64,000 nt of DNA from a virus, in the IMG/VR virus record IMGVR_UViG_3300044623_001092; one strand, 5' to 3'. The stretch's first letter is position 1, and each line of letters begins with the position of its first letter. Below the pieces are notes generated by a model. That model did not search any database. It was given only the letters and a program-made list of their open reading frames with translations, and was not told the DNA's origin. This document shows, piece by piece, positions 31,968 to 41,566 of this stretch. Position numbers and translations under genes: made by a program.

Positions 31968-32789
31968 TTAATAAGGCTTTTTAGTTCCTCCATGCGTTGA
32001 AATTGTTTTAATTATATTTTCTGGGTCATCCCCAAAATGTGATTTTACCTTATCAAGATTTCTTAAATCGTCATCCGAAAACCCTATTTGAGGTACAAAA
32101 TTATTACTAATTTCATTTTTAAGAAATGCTTTCTTTTTTAAGAATTTTGACATTTCTTTAATATAATTAACAAATTCTGTTAATGCGTCAATCTTACCTT
32201 GTTCAGGATTAGTAGCTGAACCACTTCCATAAGTTACAGGATAAAATTTACATAAATCAAGATATTCCTCAATCATTTCTTTTTTTGACATATCACCATA
32301 TCCCGCTAAATCACGATATTTTTCTAAATTTTTAACTAATTCATTTGAATTAATACCTTTATGATTACTAGCTATAAAATTATAAACACTATCTTTAATT
32401 ACTGAAGGTGTATGTCCTCTAGCGGTAACTATTGAAAATATTGACCCATTATTGATTGCCTCAACAAAATCAGGCCATGCTGGACCTAACTTCGCTAACA
32501 TTGAATCAATCACAAAGTTTTTATCACCTTCTGTTGTGAAATATCTGAAAGGATTTGATGCAAAACCAACAATAGTATGTCCATCATACTCAAAAGGTTC
32601 CTTACTGTCTAAATTACCTCTATAATGAGCAAAATCTTCTGTACTCATCGGTACTTCATTTCCGTTTTCATCTTTTAAAATGATTTTGGTTGGCATTTCT
32701 AAAATATTATCATCCCAATCGAATGCGTAGTATTTCATATCAGGTGTACCTGTATCGTCAAAACCTTCACGTAATCTTTTTCTATTCAT
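31968..32789 (-). CDS. HAD-superfamily phosphatase-like protein
   Basis: Motif I AFDWDDNI, motif II IVTARG, motif III Lys (EQGKI), motif IV GFSDDD. Confidence 0.7.
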   Translation of the reverse strand: MNRKRLREGFDDTGTPDMKYYAFDWDDNILEMPTKIILKDENGNEVPMSTEDFAHYRGNLDSKEPFEYDGHTIVGFASNPFRYFTTEGDKNFVIDSMLAKLGPAWPDFVEAINNGSIFSIVTARGHTPSVIKDSVYNFIASNHKGINSNELVKNLEKYRDLAGYGDMSKKEMIEEYLDLCKFYPVTYGSGSATNPEQGKIDALTEFVNYIKEMSKFLKKKAFLKNEISNNFVPQIGFSDDDLRNLDKVKSHFGDDPENIIKTISTHGGTKKPY

Positions 32790-32810
32790 TTTATTTTCTT
32801 TTTAATATAA

Positions 32811-32842
32811 ATAAGCCGACACTTAAAAAAATGTCGGCTTAT
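32811..32842 (-). terminator. Hairpin after the sheath gene, overlapping the TATTTATA motif of the HAD gene
   Basis: 11-bp stem ataagccgaca...tgtcggcttat. Confidence 0.7.
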
Positions 32843-32853
32843 ATTACTTCTTA

Positions 32854-35800
32854 TTAAATATTCTCAAACGATGCTCCCGTCGGTGTAATATAGAATGTTA
32901 TATCTATAAATTCTAACGACTTAGTTGGTTTAATGTAGATTTTACCTGTCATTTGGTTTCTATCTAAATCCGCAGTGTCTGAAGAAACTGTTACACGGAA
33001 ATCGTATAAACCTCTATCTCTTCGGATAGCGTCCAATATTGGATTCACCGCATTTAAGAAATCTTGTCTTACTTTATCATCGTTTTGTTCGAATAACAAT
33101 CTCACCGAAACCGCTGAAATCAATTTACGAGCTTGTAATAACAATCTTCTTACGTTTATTCTGTCAAGCGCTGACTCTTTAATTTGAAGAGTTTTATTAC
33201 CCCAAATTACCGTACCAACATCTGAGAAGGTTGCGATTGGGTTAATTCTTCCTTTGTAAAGAACGTCTCTATCTTCTTGAGTCAGTTTCTTACGTGCTTT
33301 GATAGCACTAACTATACCTCTTGTGTAACCCGCAGCCGCGAACCAAGGGAACGCTACGTTATCGGTTAACGCTAAGTTTTTAGTTACTTCACCTGTTGGT
33401 GGTAAGTAGATTTGTGTATTATTAACAGTATCTCTTACTAAAATCCATGGGTAATAAGTAGCCGTGTAGTTAGAGTCAACTCCCGCAGTTTCTAAATTAT
33501 CTACCGCCTCTTGTGGTAAAATCATATCAATTGGGTCACCTAATGATGGTGTAAACAAGTTATAATCAGGTGTTGTTGTAATATAAACAGAATCCGCTCT
33601 ATCAAACTCAATCATTTCGACTGCACTTCCAACCAAGTCTGAGTTATTTACATAATCAATACCAGGTGTTACAAATACGTTGATGTTAACCGCTTCAGGA
33701 TTAGAGAATGTTTGAATCCCTAATAAGTAAGCGTAGTAGTCAGTATTTGCGTAATCAACTCTGTTTTGACCAACAGTAATTTGTTTAAATGCACCCCAAC
33801 CTGTTGCCGTAGGATATTTTAATGTTGGACAAGAACCTTTTAAGTAACCTGTTCTACCTAACACATATCTGTCAGAGTTTGTTCTATATTCTCTATAGAT
33901 ATCCCATCCGTCAAACCCTCCACTAACTAAGAAAGAGAATTTTCTAGCATATAATCTGTAGTATGGGTTATTTTCATCGTCAGGGTCTGAACTAAATTCT
34001 GCATCACCACAAACGAATTCAGGAGTACCACTTGTTGAAAACGCGTTTGGTATTGTTATAACGATAGCGTTTTTATCCATATGGAATCCTTTAGTTCTAT
34101 AAGACCATTCAGGACCTGTAACCGCATCACATACTGATGTGCTTGGTATTTGTTTACCTTTATATTGGTAGAAATCTGTGTCAATACCAACAGTATCTGA
34201 GATACCTAAGTAAGTTCTTCTAATATTGTCACCAGAACTTCTTGAAACTGCGTTCGCACCTGTTGATAAACCAAATGGTGGGTCAAAAACAACTTCACCT
34301 GGAAAATCGTATTTAGATTTAATTAATGGGAATGGTGAACGACTTCCAGCGTATTCTCTTGTTGTGAATCCTTTGAATCCACATGGTAATGCGTCAATCG
34401 GTGCGTCTTCATTAAGTTCAATCATTAAATATTTTGAATTCAATTGGTATTCACCATCAGATGTTCCAACTTTTTTACCAATGTAATTGTTATCATTTGG
34501 GTTCATATTACAGTTAGTGAATTTCTCAATAACTACAGGGTTATTATCAGTATCGAAGAAATCTCTAACTAATACGTCAAATGTTCCGTTGTTAAATGAG
34601 ATATTCGAGATAGAAATTTTTACTTCTGTATTAGCGTCTTCACCATCAGAAATTGTAACAAATTTAAATAAGTCAAATACTTTAGAACCTCTCAACTCAG
34701 AAACAACCCATGGGGATACTGGTGATTGGTATTTCTCTAAATAGAAACCGATTGAACTATTACTTTCACTTCTTGCGGAATCTAATGCGTTTAATTCACA
34801 ACTTAAACCTCTAACATAACCTTTTCTATATGCGTTAATTAATAAAGTTGCGTATGACTCCTCAACAAATAATGGAATAGATTCTCTGTCTTTACCAAAA
34901 TTCGATTTACCAAAAACTTTACTAATGTATTTTGAATCTGAAGTAGATAATGAAGTCTCGAAGAATAAATTAGTTCCGTCCGCTTTAGTAACATTTAAAC
35001 CAAACGTTGAGAATGGGTTTTTAGTAACACCTGAATAACCACCTGTACATACCATACCAACATCTGTTAAACCTGATACTTCATAAACCGCACCATTGTC
35101 ACTACCATAAGTTGCTAAACCTCTTGAACGCATTGTTGCGATAACTAAATCATCGTAATCAGTGTACGCAGTTCCTGAGTAAACATAAACTCTACCCACT
35201 AAAGTACCTGTATAACAATGAACAGGTTTTGCGGTTGTAGTAGTTGTAGTTGTTGTTGGAACAGGTGTAACACATGGATTTGTTGTTGTTGTAGTTGTTG
35301 TTGGATTAATTATTGTTGTTGTAGTTGTAACAGGTATTAATGATAAAGTTGTAACAAATGACCAAAAAGAATAACCTGTATAAGACCCACTACCGATATT
35401 ATCAAATAATGCGTAGTACCAAGAATCATTTTGAGGTGCCGTGTAAACCGCACTTAACGAATCAATACCGTCAACATCAAATACGTTAGTTGAACCAGTG
35501 AATGCTGATAAAGTAACATAGTCAGAATGAGGTATAGTACCATAATAATTAATTGAACTTAATTCTGTTGTTGGTTCATTTAATATATTAAAAATTTGTA
35601 GTTTAATATCAGTATTTAATGTTGAAATACTATTATCAAAATTTTCATACGGTAAATTAAGTTTAGATGCAATTTCATCAGGAAATTGTGTTGGGTCTAA
35701 GAACGTGATACCGTCAATACTATTATTACATCCTGAGAAATCAATTGCAAAATCAATCGTTTTGAAATCGACACATTCTGTAACACAATCAACTGTTGTT

Positions 35801-36183
35801 GCACTTTCACAAAAGAAATCAACTGTTGTTTTATCAACGTTTGCTTTGGTTGTTATAGACCATGAAGGTCCCGCGTCGTACCCCGATAATCCTAATATTC
35901 TAGTAACGAACAATTGATTAGATTGTTGTAAATAAGATTTCGCAATGTAAGACGCTTCATACTTAGGGATTTGTGTATTCACAAATTTTTCAGGAGATGT
36001 TCCCCCAAAGTAAGATGTAAACTCATCAAAGTTAGTGATAAAAATAGGTTCGAAAGCTGGACCTTTTAAAGTTTCACCTACGATACCTAATGTAGTAACA
36101 CCAACACTTTGAGCTACAAAACTCAAATCGACCTCGGATGTGTAAACCCCAGGTGATACGAATACTTTACTGTTTGTCGCCAT
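32854..36183 (-). CDS. Tail sheath protein (gp18-like) with a large N-proximal insertion containing poly-Thr tracts
   Basis: FVSPGVYTSEVD, PWFAAAGYTRG, RINPI, WGNKTL, RINVRRL, PTKSLEFI. Confidence 0.96.
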   Translation of the reverse strand: MATNSKVFVSPGVYTSEVDLSFVAQSVGVTTLGIVGETLKGPAFEPIFITNFDEFTSYFGGTSPEKFVNTQIPKYEASYIAKSYLQQSNQLFVTRILGLSGYDAGPSWSITTKANVDKTTVDFFCESATTVDCVTECVDFKTIDFAIDFSGCNNSIDGITFLDPTQFPDEIASKLNLPYENFDNSISTLNTDIKLQIFNILNEPTTELSSINYYGTIPHSDYVTLSAFTGSTNVFDVDGIDSLSAVYTAPQNDSWYYALFDNIGSGSYTGYSFWSFVTTLSLIPVTTTTTIINPTTTTTTTNPCVTPVPTTTTTTTTAKPVHCYTGTLVGRVYVYSGTAYTDYDDLVIATMRSRGLATYGSDNGAVYEVSGLTDVGMVCTGGYSGVTKNPFSTFGLNVTKADGTNLFFETSLSTSDSKYISKVFGKSNFGKDRESIPLFVEESYATLLINAYRKGYVRGLSCELNALDSARSESNSSIGFYLEKYQSPVSPWVVSELRGSKVFDLFKFVTISDGEDANTEVKISISNISFNNGTFDVLVRDFFDTDNNPVVIEKFTNCNMNPNDNNYIGKKVGTSDGEYQLNSKYLMIELNEDAPIDALPCGFKGFTTREYAGSRSPFPLIKSKYDFPGEVVFDPPFGLSTGANAVSRSSGDNIRRTYLGISDTVGIDTDFYQYKGKQIPSTSVCDAVTGPEWSYRTKGFHMDKNAIVITIPNAFSTSGTPEFVCGDAEFSSDPDDENNPYYRLYARKFSFLVSGGFDGWDIYREYRTNSDRYVLGRTGYLKGSCPTLKYPTATGWGAFKQITVGQNRVDYANTDYYAYLLGIQTFSNPEAVNINVFVTPGIDYVNNSDLVGSAVEMIEFDRADSVYITTTPDYNLFTPSLGDPIDMILPQEAVDNLETAGVDSNYTATYYPWILVRDTVNNTQIYLPPTGEVTKNLALTDNVAFPWFAAAGYTRGIVSAIKARKKLTQEDRDVLYKGRINPIATFSDVGTVIWGNKTLQIKESALDRINVRRLLLQARKLISAVSVRLLFEQNDDKVRQDFLNAVNPILDAIRRDRGLYDFRVTVSSDTADLDRNQMTGKIYIKPTKSLEFIDITFYITPTGASFENI

Positions 36184-36308
36184 TATTTTTTGGTTTTTTT
36201 ATTTGTTTAATTTATTTTATTGATAAATATTCTGAAAAAAACCAAAGTGCTTTACTTTGTAGGAAGTATTTATAAATTAGGTAGAATATATTCTGCCTTT
36301 TTTCTACT

Positions 36309-36473
36309 ATGGAAAATGAAGGGAAAGAGATAAAAAATTTAAAGATTTCGAAAGAGGCACACGATGTCCTAAAGAAGTATTGTGAGAAACGTGGTATTAA
36401 AATTTACAGGTTTCTTGAAAAGTTAATAATGGATAAGTGTAAAGATTCTAAAGATATCTATGGGGAGAATTAA
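36309..36473 (+). CDS. Small ribbon-helix-helix-like DNA-binding protein (54 aa; not in the ORF track)
   Basis: MENEGKEIKNLKISKEAHDVLKKYCEKRGIKIYRFLEKLIMDKCKDSKDIYGEN shows a strand-helix-G-helix pattern; TATTTATA motif at 36267-36274. Confidence 0.65.
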   Translation: MENEGKEIKNLKISKEAHDVLKKYCEKRGIKIYRFLEKLIMDKCKDSKDIYGEN

Positions 36474-37507
36474 AGTAGTGTACTATTTAACTCAATAATA
36501 CCTTCCTTAGTATCGTCGTATTTAACAACTTCAATTCGTAATCTATCACCTGTGTTTATTTGTATTACAGATAAATCACTACCGTAATAATCATCATTAA
36601 TATAAACATCAAATGAGTCTATATTTGAAAGATTACCGATATTAATATCCACTCTATAATTAAATAATTCAGTTAATATATTATTACCAACAACAAATAA
36701 TGCGTTAGTTGATAAACTATCAGGGTTTGTATTTTCGTGTTTAGCTTTTTTACTTTTATTAGTCGATATCTCTAATACTTGTAATACCCTCGATATACCA
36801 GGTGACACCTCAAACTCATCTTCATCAATTAAAAACCCTAACATTGTGAATTCATAACTTTGAACATAATACTTTCTTTTTTCGATATCATTAACCGACT
36901 CGTCAGTAATACCATTCATTATTATTGGAATGTAATGACCTTTTATATTGGTATAAGCTTGTCTTGATGAAAATTTCTCTAAAACAATTTGATTAAATTT
37001 ATTTAATTCCCTCATTCTATTACAAACAATCTTAACTTGGAATGTTATATCTACAGGAACAGGTTGTGGTATTTTATAAATGTCCAGACCATTTCTTTGT
37101 CCATCCCAAGTAGGTACTTGAGCGTAAAAAAAATGTTTTCGGTTTGGTATTGTATAAACAGTTGACGGGTTTGTCCCGTATTTAACTTCAGGAACTCTAA
37201 CAATTGTGATAAATGGGGGTTCTACGTTTTTGTCGATATTTTGAATATCCCAAGTTTGGGCAAACTGAGCCCAATTTTGTGTTGTTATTAAAATATCAAT
37301 CATGGGGATTATTTTACCTGAAACAATAGTTTTCAAATCTGTTTTAACAAATTCTATCATACCACCATCCAAATCGGCATGAAGTATTGATTTAGGAAGG
37401 TAAGTACCGTCTCTATTAATTTTTTCAAGTAACTCCTCTCTTCTCGGATACCCAACTTTCTCATCCGTTAATGGGATATGTTTCTTTATTTTTTTAGGTA
37501 ACGCCAT
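36470..37507 (-). CDS. Tail terminator / neck protein (gp15-like)
   Basis: Next to the sheath gene; PQPVPVDITFQVKI..NQIVLEKF pattern seen in gp15-type proteins. Confidence 0.55.
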   Translation of the reverse strand: MALPKKIKKHIPLTDEKVGYPRREELLEKINRDGTYLPKSILHADLDGGMIEFVKTDLKTIVSGKIIPMIDILITTQNWAQFAQTWDIQNIDKNVEPPFITIVRVPEVKYGTNPSTVYTIPNRKHFFYAQVPTWDGQRNGLDIYKIPQPVPVDITFQVKIVCNRMRELNKFNQIVLEKFSSRQAYTNIKGHYIPIIMNGITDESVNDIEKRKYYVQSYEFTMLGFLIDEDEFEVSPGISRVLQVLEISTNKSKKAKHENTNPDSLSTNALFVVGNNILTELFNYRVDINIGNLSNIDSFDVYINDDYYGSDLSVIQINTGDRLRIEVVKYDDTKEGIIELNSTLL

Positions 37508-37666
37508 TTATTTTTTTTCATTATTATGTCTACATTTATGACAAATATACGGGTCATCACCACCCTCGTCTAAACTCCAATTCCAATTACATTTATCACA
37601 AAAAACTTCGTTATCAATAACATGTTCAATTAGTTTTAGTTGTTCTTCAGTTATAATCAGTTTCAT
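37508..37666 (-). CDS. Small zinc-ribbon protein (52 aa; not in the ORF track)
   Basis: MKLIITEEQLKLIEHVIDNEVFCDKCNWNWSLDEGGDDPYICHKCRHNNEKK has two CxxC pairs. It starts with an ATGA overlap, and its stop abuts the next ATG. Confidence 0.7.
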   Translation of the reverse strand: MKLIITEEQLKLIEHVIDNEVFCDKCNWNWSLDEGGDDPYICHKCRHNNEKK

Positions 37667-38178
37667 AATCCTTTAAATTCATTTGGTCCAACAGGTGATG
37701 CCATAATGGTTCTATAAAATGGTTTATAACCACCATAAGTATGTTTATTATCAGAAACAACACGACCATCATTATTTACGGTATAGTATCTAACTAATGA
37801 TTCAGTTTCATAATAACCAAGGTAATCTCCGTACTCAATATCAATACCCAATTCATCCAATTGTTTTTGATAAACGGAAACACGAATGTTACCAGGTTCA
37901 AATTGTTCAATTTTAGAAGTGGCAACATTTTTATTTTCGGGGGCCATAATTTGAATATACGCTTTAAATTCTATTGGTGGTAAAAACTTAATACCATCAC
38001 TAACGGTTTCACCATAAACATTGTCGGTTATGGTTTTTTGTTTGTCAATTCTATATAACACCACTGTAAAGTTTAAGTCACCATGTAACCATTCTTCACC
38101 CATAGATATATCTAAGTCGAAATCTTCCGCACCGAAAAATTTACCTAATCTTGTTATTGGAACTTTATTATTTGACAT
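37663..38178 (-). CDS. Head closure / neck protein (gp14-like)
   Basis: VLYRID..T..DNVYGE..F..P pattern, GDYLGY; structural gene context. Confidence 0.6.
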   Translation of the reverse strand: MSNNKVPITRLGKFFGAEDFDLDISMGEEWLHGDLNFTVVLYRIDKQKTITDNVYGETVSDGIKFLPPIEFKAYIQIMAPENKNVATSKIEQFEPGNIRVSVYQKQLDELGIDIEYGDYLGYYETESLVRYYTVNNDGRVVSDNKHTYGGYKPFYRTIMASPVGPNEFKGL

Positions 38179-38227
38179 ATTGATAAATATCTTAATTATG
38201 ATTATTATTTATTAATATAATATAGTT

Positions 38228-39997
38228 TTGGAAAATAACGAAATAAAACTTAATTTTGAAGTAATTGAAAGGAAAGCTCTTAATATATTGGAAGAATATA
38301 ATGGTGCTAACAATTTTTTAATTAATTTAAAACAAAAATTCTTAACCAATAAGAATTTTGTTCCTACACGTTCACAATCAGATTACGTAATATCATACTC
38401 AGAAGTAACACCAAAAGTTGCTAAGAAATGGGTCGAAATCGACCCCTATTTTGCTAAGAAAATTTCTGATGAAAAATTGTATACAACTGTACCTAAAGAA
38501 ATTTGGGTTGAGAAATTATTAGTTGAGAAAGATAAGGCTTACCATATTTGGGGTAAAGTATTTTCGGGTGAAACATTACACGACTTTTGGATGCCTAAGG
38601 GTGCGTTGATTAAAACACATACAACTGAAAAAGTGATAATTGATTATTCTAAGTACAGTAATAGACCACCATTAGAACATCAAAAAGAGGCGATTGAGAA
38701 ATTAGTTGGTACGAGACGTTTTATTTTGGCTGATGATATGGGACTTGGTAAAACCACAAGTACAATTATTGCTGCGTTAGAAACGGGGGTTAAAAAGATT
38801 TTAATAATTTGTCCTGCGTCTTTGAAAATAAACTGGATGAGGGAGATTGAGAACTATACTGACAGAAGTATTTTCATTGCCGAGAATAAAAAATTCTCAT
38901 TGGAACACGACTTTGTAATTGTTAACTATGATATTCTAAAAAACTTTCACGAATTAAAAGGTAAGACAGATTCGTTAATCACTCAATTAAATCCTGAGTT
39001 GATTATTATTGATGAGGCTCATTATATCCAAAATGGACAAGCCCAAAGAACTAAATTGGTTAATCATTTTGTACTAAAAACAAAATATCTTTGGTTGTTG
39101 ACGGGAACACCAATGACTTCAAGACCAATGAATTACTTTAATTTGTTAAATTTAATTGAAAGTCCTGTGGCTCAAAATTGGATGGCTTACGCTATTAGAT
39201 ATTGTCAAGGGTATCAATTTAACGCAGGTAAAAGAAAAGTTTGGAATGTTTCAGGGGCATCTAATTTGGAAGAATTGAGAGATAGAACATCAAGACAAGT
39301 TTTGAGACGATTAAAAACTGATGTATTAGATTTACCTGATAAAATTATTACACCTGTTTACCTAAAACTTAAATCAAAAGAGTACGAAGCCATGATGGGG
39401 GAGTATTACAATTGGTATGAAAATAAAAAAGAAGAATCTTCATCATTAACAATACAATTTAGTAAGTTGATGAAGGTTAGACAAATAATTGCTGAAGAAA
39501 AAATAAATACAACTATAGAGTTAGCACAAAATATTATTGACCAAGATAAAAAAGTAATCATCTTCACAAATTTTACCGACACATTACAAAAAATATATCA
39601 ACATTTTGGGAAAGATGCCGTTTATTTAGATGGTTCTTGTAGTAAACCTCATCGCCAACATGCGGTTGACCAATTCCAAGAGAACAATAAAATTAAAGTG
39701 TTTGTGGGGAATTTAAAAGCTGCGGGTGTCGGTATTACTCTCACCGCTGGTGAGGCTTGTATAATGAATGACTTATCATTTGTTCCATCGGACCACCAAC
39801 AGGCTGAAGATAGAGCATACAGGTTCGGTCAAAAAAATTCAGTGTCCATTTATTACCCAATATTTGAAAACTCTATCGAAGGTGCTATATACGATATTTT
39901 ATCAAATAAGAAGAATATTATCGACACTGTTATGGGTGATAACATAGACCGTGGTGATATTGTTCAAGAAATAATGAATCGTATACTCATTAAGTGA
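38228..39997 (+). CDS. SNF2-family (SF2) helicase/translocase
   Basis: LADDMGLGKT, DEAH, LTGTP, GVGITLT, QAEDRAYRFGQ. Confidence 0.93.
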   Translation: MENNEIKLNFEVIERKALNILEEYNGANNFLINLKQKFLTNKNFVPTRSQSDYVISYSEVTPKVAKKWVEIDPYFAKKISDEKLYTTVPKEIWVEKLLVEKDKAYHIWGKVFSGETLHDFWMPKGALIKTHTTEKVIIDYSKYSNRPPLEHQKEAIEKLVGTRRFILADDMGLGKTTSTIIAALETGVKKILIICPASLKINWMREIENYTDRSIFIAENKKFSLEHDFVIVNYDILKNFHELKGKTDSLITQLNPELIIIDEAHYIQNGQAQRTKLVNHFVLKTKYLWLLTGTPMTSRPMNYFNLLNLIESPVAQNWMAYAIRYCQGYQFNAGKRKVWNVSGASNLEELRDRTSRQVLRRLKTDVLDLPDKIITPVYLKLKSKEYEAMMGEYYNWYENKKEESSSLTIQFSKLMKVRQIIAEEKINTTIELAQNIIDQDKKVIIFTNFTDTLQKIYQHFGKDAVYLDGSCSKPHRQHAVDQFQENNKIKVFVGNLKAAGVGITLTAGEACIMNDLSFVPSDHQQAEDRAYRFGQKNSVSIYYPIFENSIEGAIYDILSNKKNIIDTVMGDNIDRGDIVQEIMNRILIK

Positions 39998-40039
39998 TAT
40001 TTTAGTATTTCAGCTTATTTATAGTATTATAATAAGATT

Positions 40040-41557
40040 ATGAAAACATTAGAAGATAAAGTCAAAGTACTGACTGAAAATATTAAAAAAGAAGACGCCA
40101 AACGAACTTTACTTAGTGAAGCTAAAAAAATCGGTATAGAAAAATTACCATATTCTTACTCTGCCTTGAAAAATTTCATTGATTCGGAAACAATGGATTT
40201 TCACTACAACAAACATTATAAAGGATATGTTAAAAAATTAAACGACGCATTATCTAAGAAAGATTATGGTGATGTTGAACTTGAGGAGATAATTAAACGT
40301 ATTGGTAAGTACAACAAAACAATACGAAATAATGCGGGTGGTGCTTTTAACCACGCGTTGTTTTGGAAAATGTTATCCCCAAAAGAACAAGAATGTAGTG
40401 GACCAATTTTAAGGAAAATTAATAGTTCATTTGGTAGTTTAAAAGAATTTAAAAATAAATTTGAGGAGGTTGCTAAAAATAGATTTGGTTCAGGATGGGT
40501 TTGGTTAGTCTTAACTAAACGTAACACTTTAAAAATAATCTCAACACCAAATCAAGATAACCCATTAATGAATGTTATTCGAAATGGTGGTTATCCATTA
40601 CTTGGTTTAGATTTGTGGGAACATTCTTATTATTTAAAGTATCGTAACAAGAGAGATGAATACATCCATAATTTTTGGAAATGTGTTAATTGGGAATTTG
40701 TTAATGAATTACTTAAAATGAAAACTAAAACAACTATTAACGAAAATTTTAAATTGAAACGAATTATTAATGAAGGTGTGTCTGAAAGATGTAGTCGAGG
40801 TGAAGTTCAATTATATCGAAATTTATTTAACACCAATAAGTTTGTGAAGAATATTTACAGATACGGTGTTGAGAAAATTTTAAGTGAAGTTTTTCCCGAT
40901 AATTATTATGAAAAAGACGCTTATGGACCAAATCAAATGTTAGGAATATATGATTTTGAACAAAAAGGTAGGTCGGTGATAAATAAAATGAATACAAATT
41001 ATGAAGTCTTTTGTGTTTTATTAAACGACATTAATATCGTTATGGAAAAATTGGGTAAACCTAAAATTACTTTTAAAAATAAATCCGTAGGTGAACAAAT
41101 TAATGAAGCGAAAAGATTAATTAGTGTAGCTAATGAATTTAAAACAAGGATTTTTTCATTATCATCAGGGACTTTTGAAAATATTATGGTCACACTTGGT
41201 AGTACTAACTCACTTGGCGAATTAACTGAGATAAAAGTTGTTGAGATTCTTAAAAAAGAATACGGTGATAAAAATGTTGAAAAAATTGGTGAACTTGGTA
41301 ATACTGTTGATGCGATTGACGGTATTGACTGTGAAGTTAAAATTGGTGATGAAATTAAAACCGCACAAATTAAACCATATAAGTCCTATGATTTAGTTGA
41401 TGGGTTTTATAAAATGTTAGATACTGGTCAAGTTAATCCGTATAAAACGGATTGGTTAATTTTTTCTAAAAATAATAAAGACGCTATGATATTTGATAAT
41501 AACGGTATTAAGATAGTTAAAGGTAAAATACAACATAAGCTAAATATTTATATATAA
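40040..41557 (+). CDS. Mn/Fe superoxide dismutase fused to an unrelated C-terminal domain
   Basis: LPYSYSAL, HYNKHYKGY, NNAGGAFNHALFW, FGSGWVWL, NQDNP, DLWEHSYY (all four metal ligands present), followed by about 275 extra residues. Confidence 0.9.
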   Translation: MKTLEDKVKVLTENIKKEDAKRTLLSEAKKIGIEKLPYSYSALKNFIDSETMDFHYNKHYKGYVKKLNDALSKKDYGDVELEEIIKRIGKYNKTIRNNAGGAFNHALFWKMLSPKEQECSGPILRKINSSFGSLKEFKNKFEEVAKNRFGSGWVWLVLTKRNTLKIISTPNQDNPLMNVIRNGGYPLLGLDLWEHSYYLKYRNKRDEYIHNFWKCVNWEFVNELLKMKTKTTINENFKLKRIINEGVSERCSRGEVQLYRNLFNTNKFVKNIYRYGVEKILSEVFPDNYYEKDAYGPNQMLGIYDFEQKGRSVINKMNTNYEVFCVLLNDINIVMEKLGKPKITFKNKSVGEQINEAKRLISVANEFKTRIFSLSSGTFENIMVTLGSTNSLGELTEIKVVEILKKEYGDKNVEKIGELGNTVDAIDGIDCEVKIGDEIKTAQIKPYKSYDLVDGFYKMLDTGQVNPYKTDWLIFSKNNKDAMIFDNNGIKIVKGKIQHKLNIYI

Positions 41558-41566
41558 AATATAATT

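Noticed and set aside
5214-36183. Bacterial contractile injection system or eukaryotic giant virus origin
   Set aside because: Tail genes are interleaved with phage-type replication genes (gp32-like, gp41-like, PolB) and neck proteins. Bacterial promoters, terminators and translational coupling argue against a eukaryotic giant virus.
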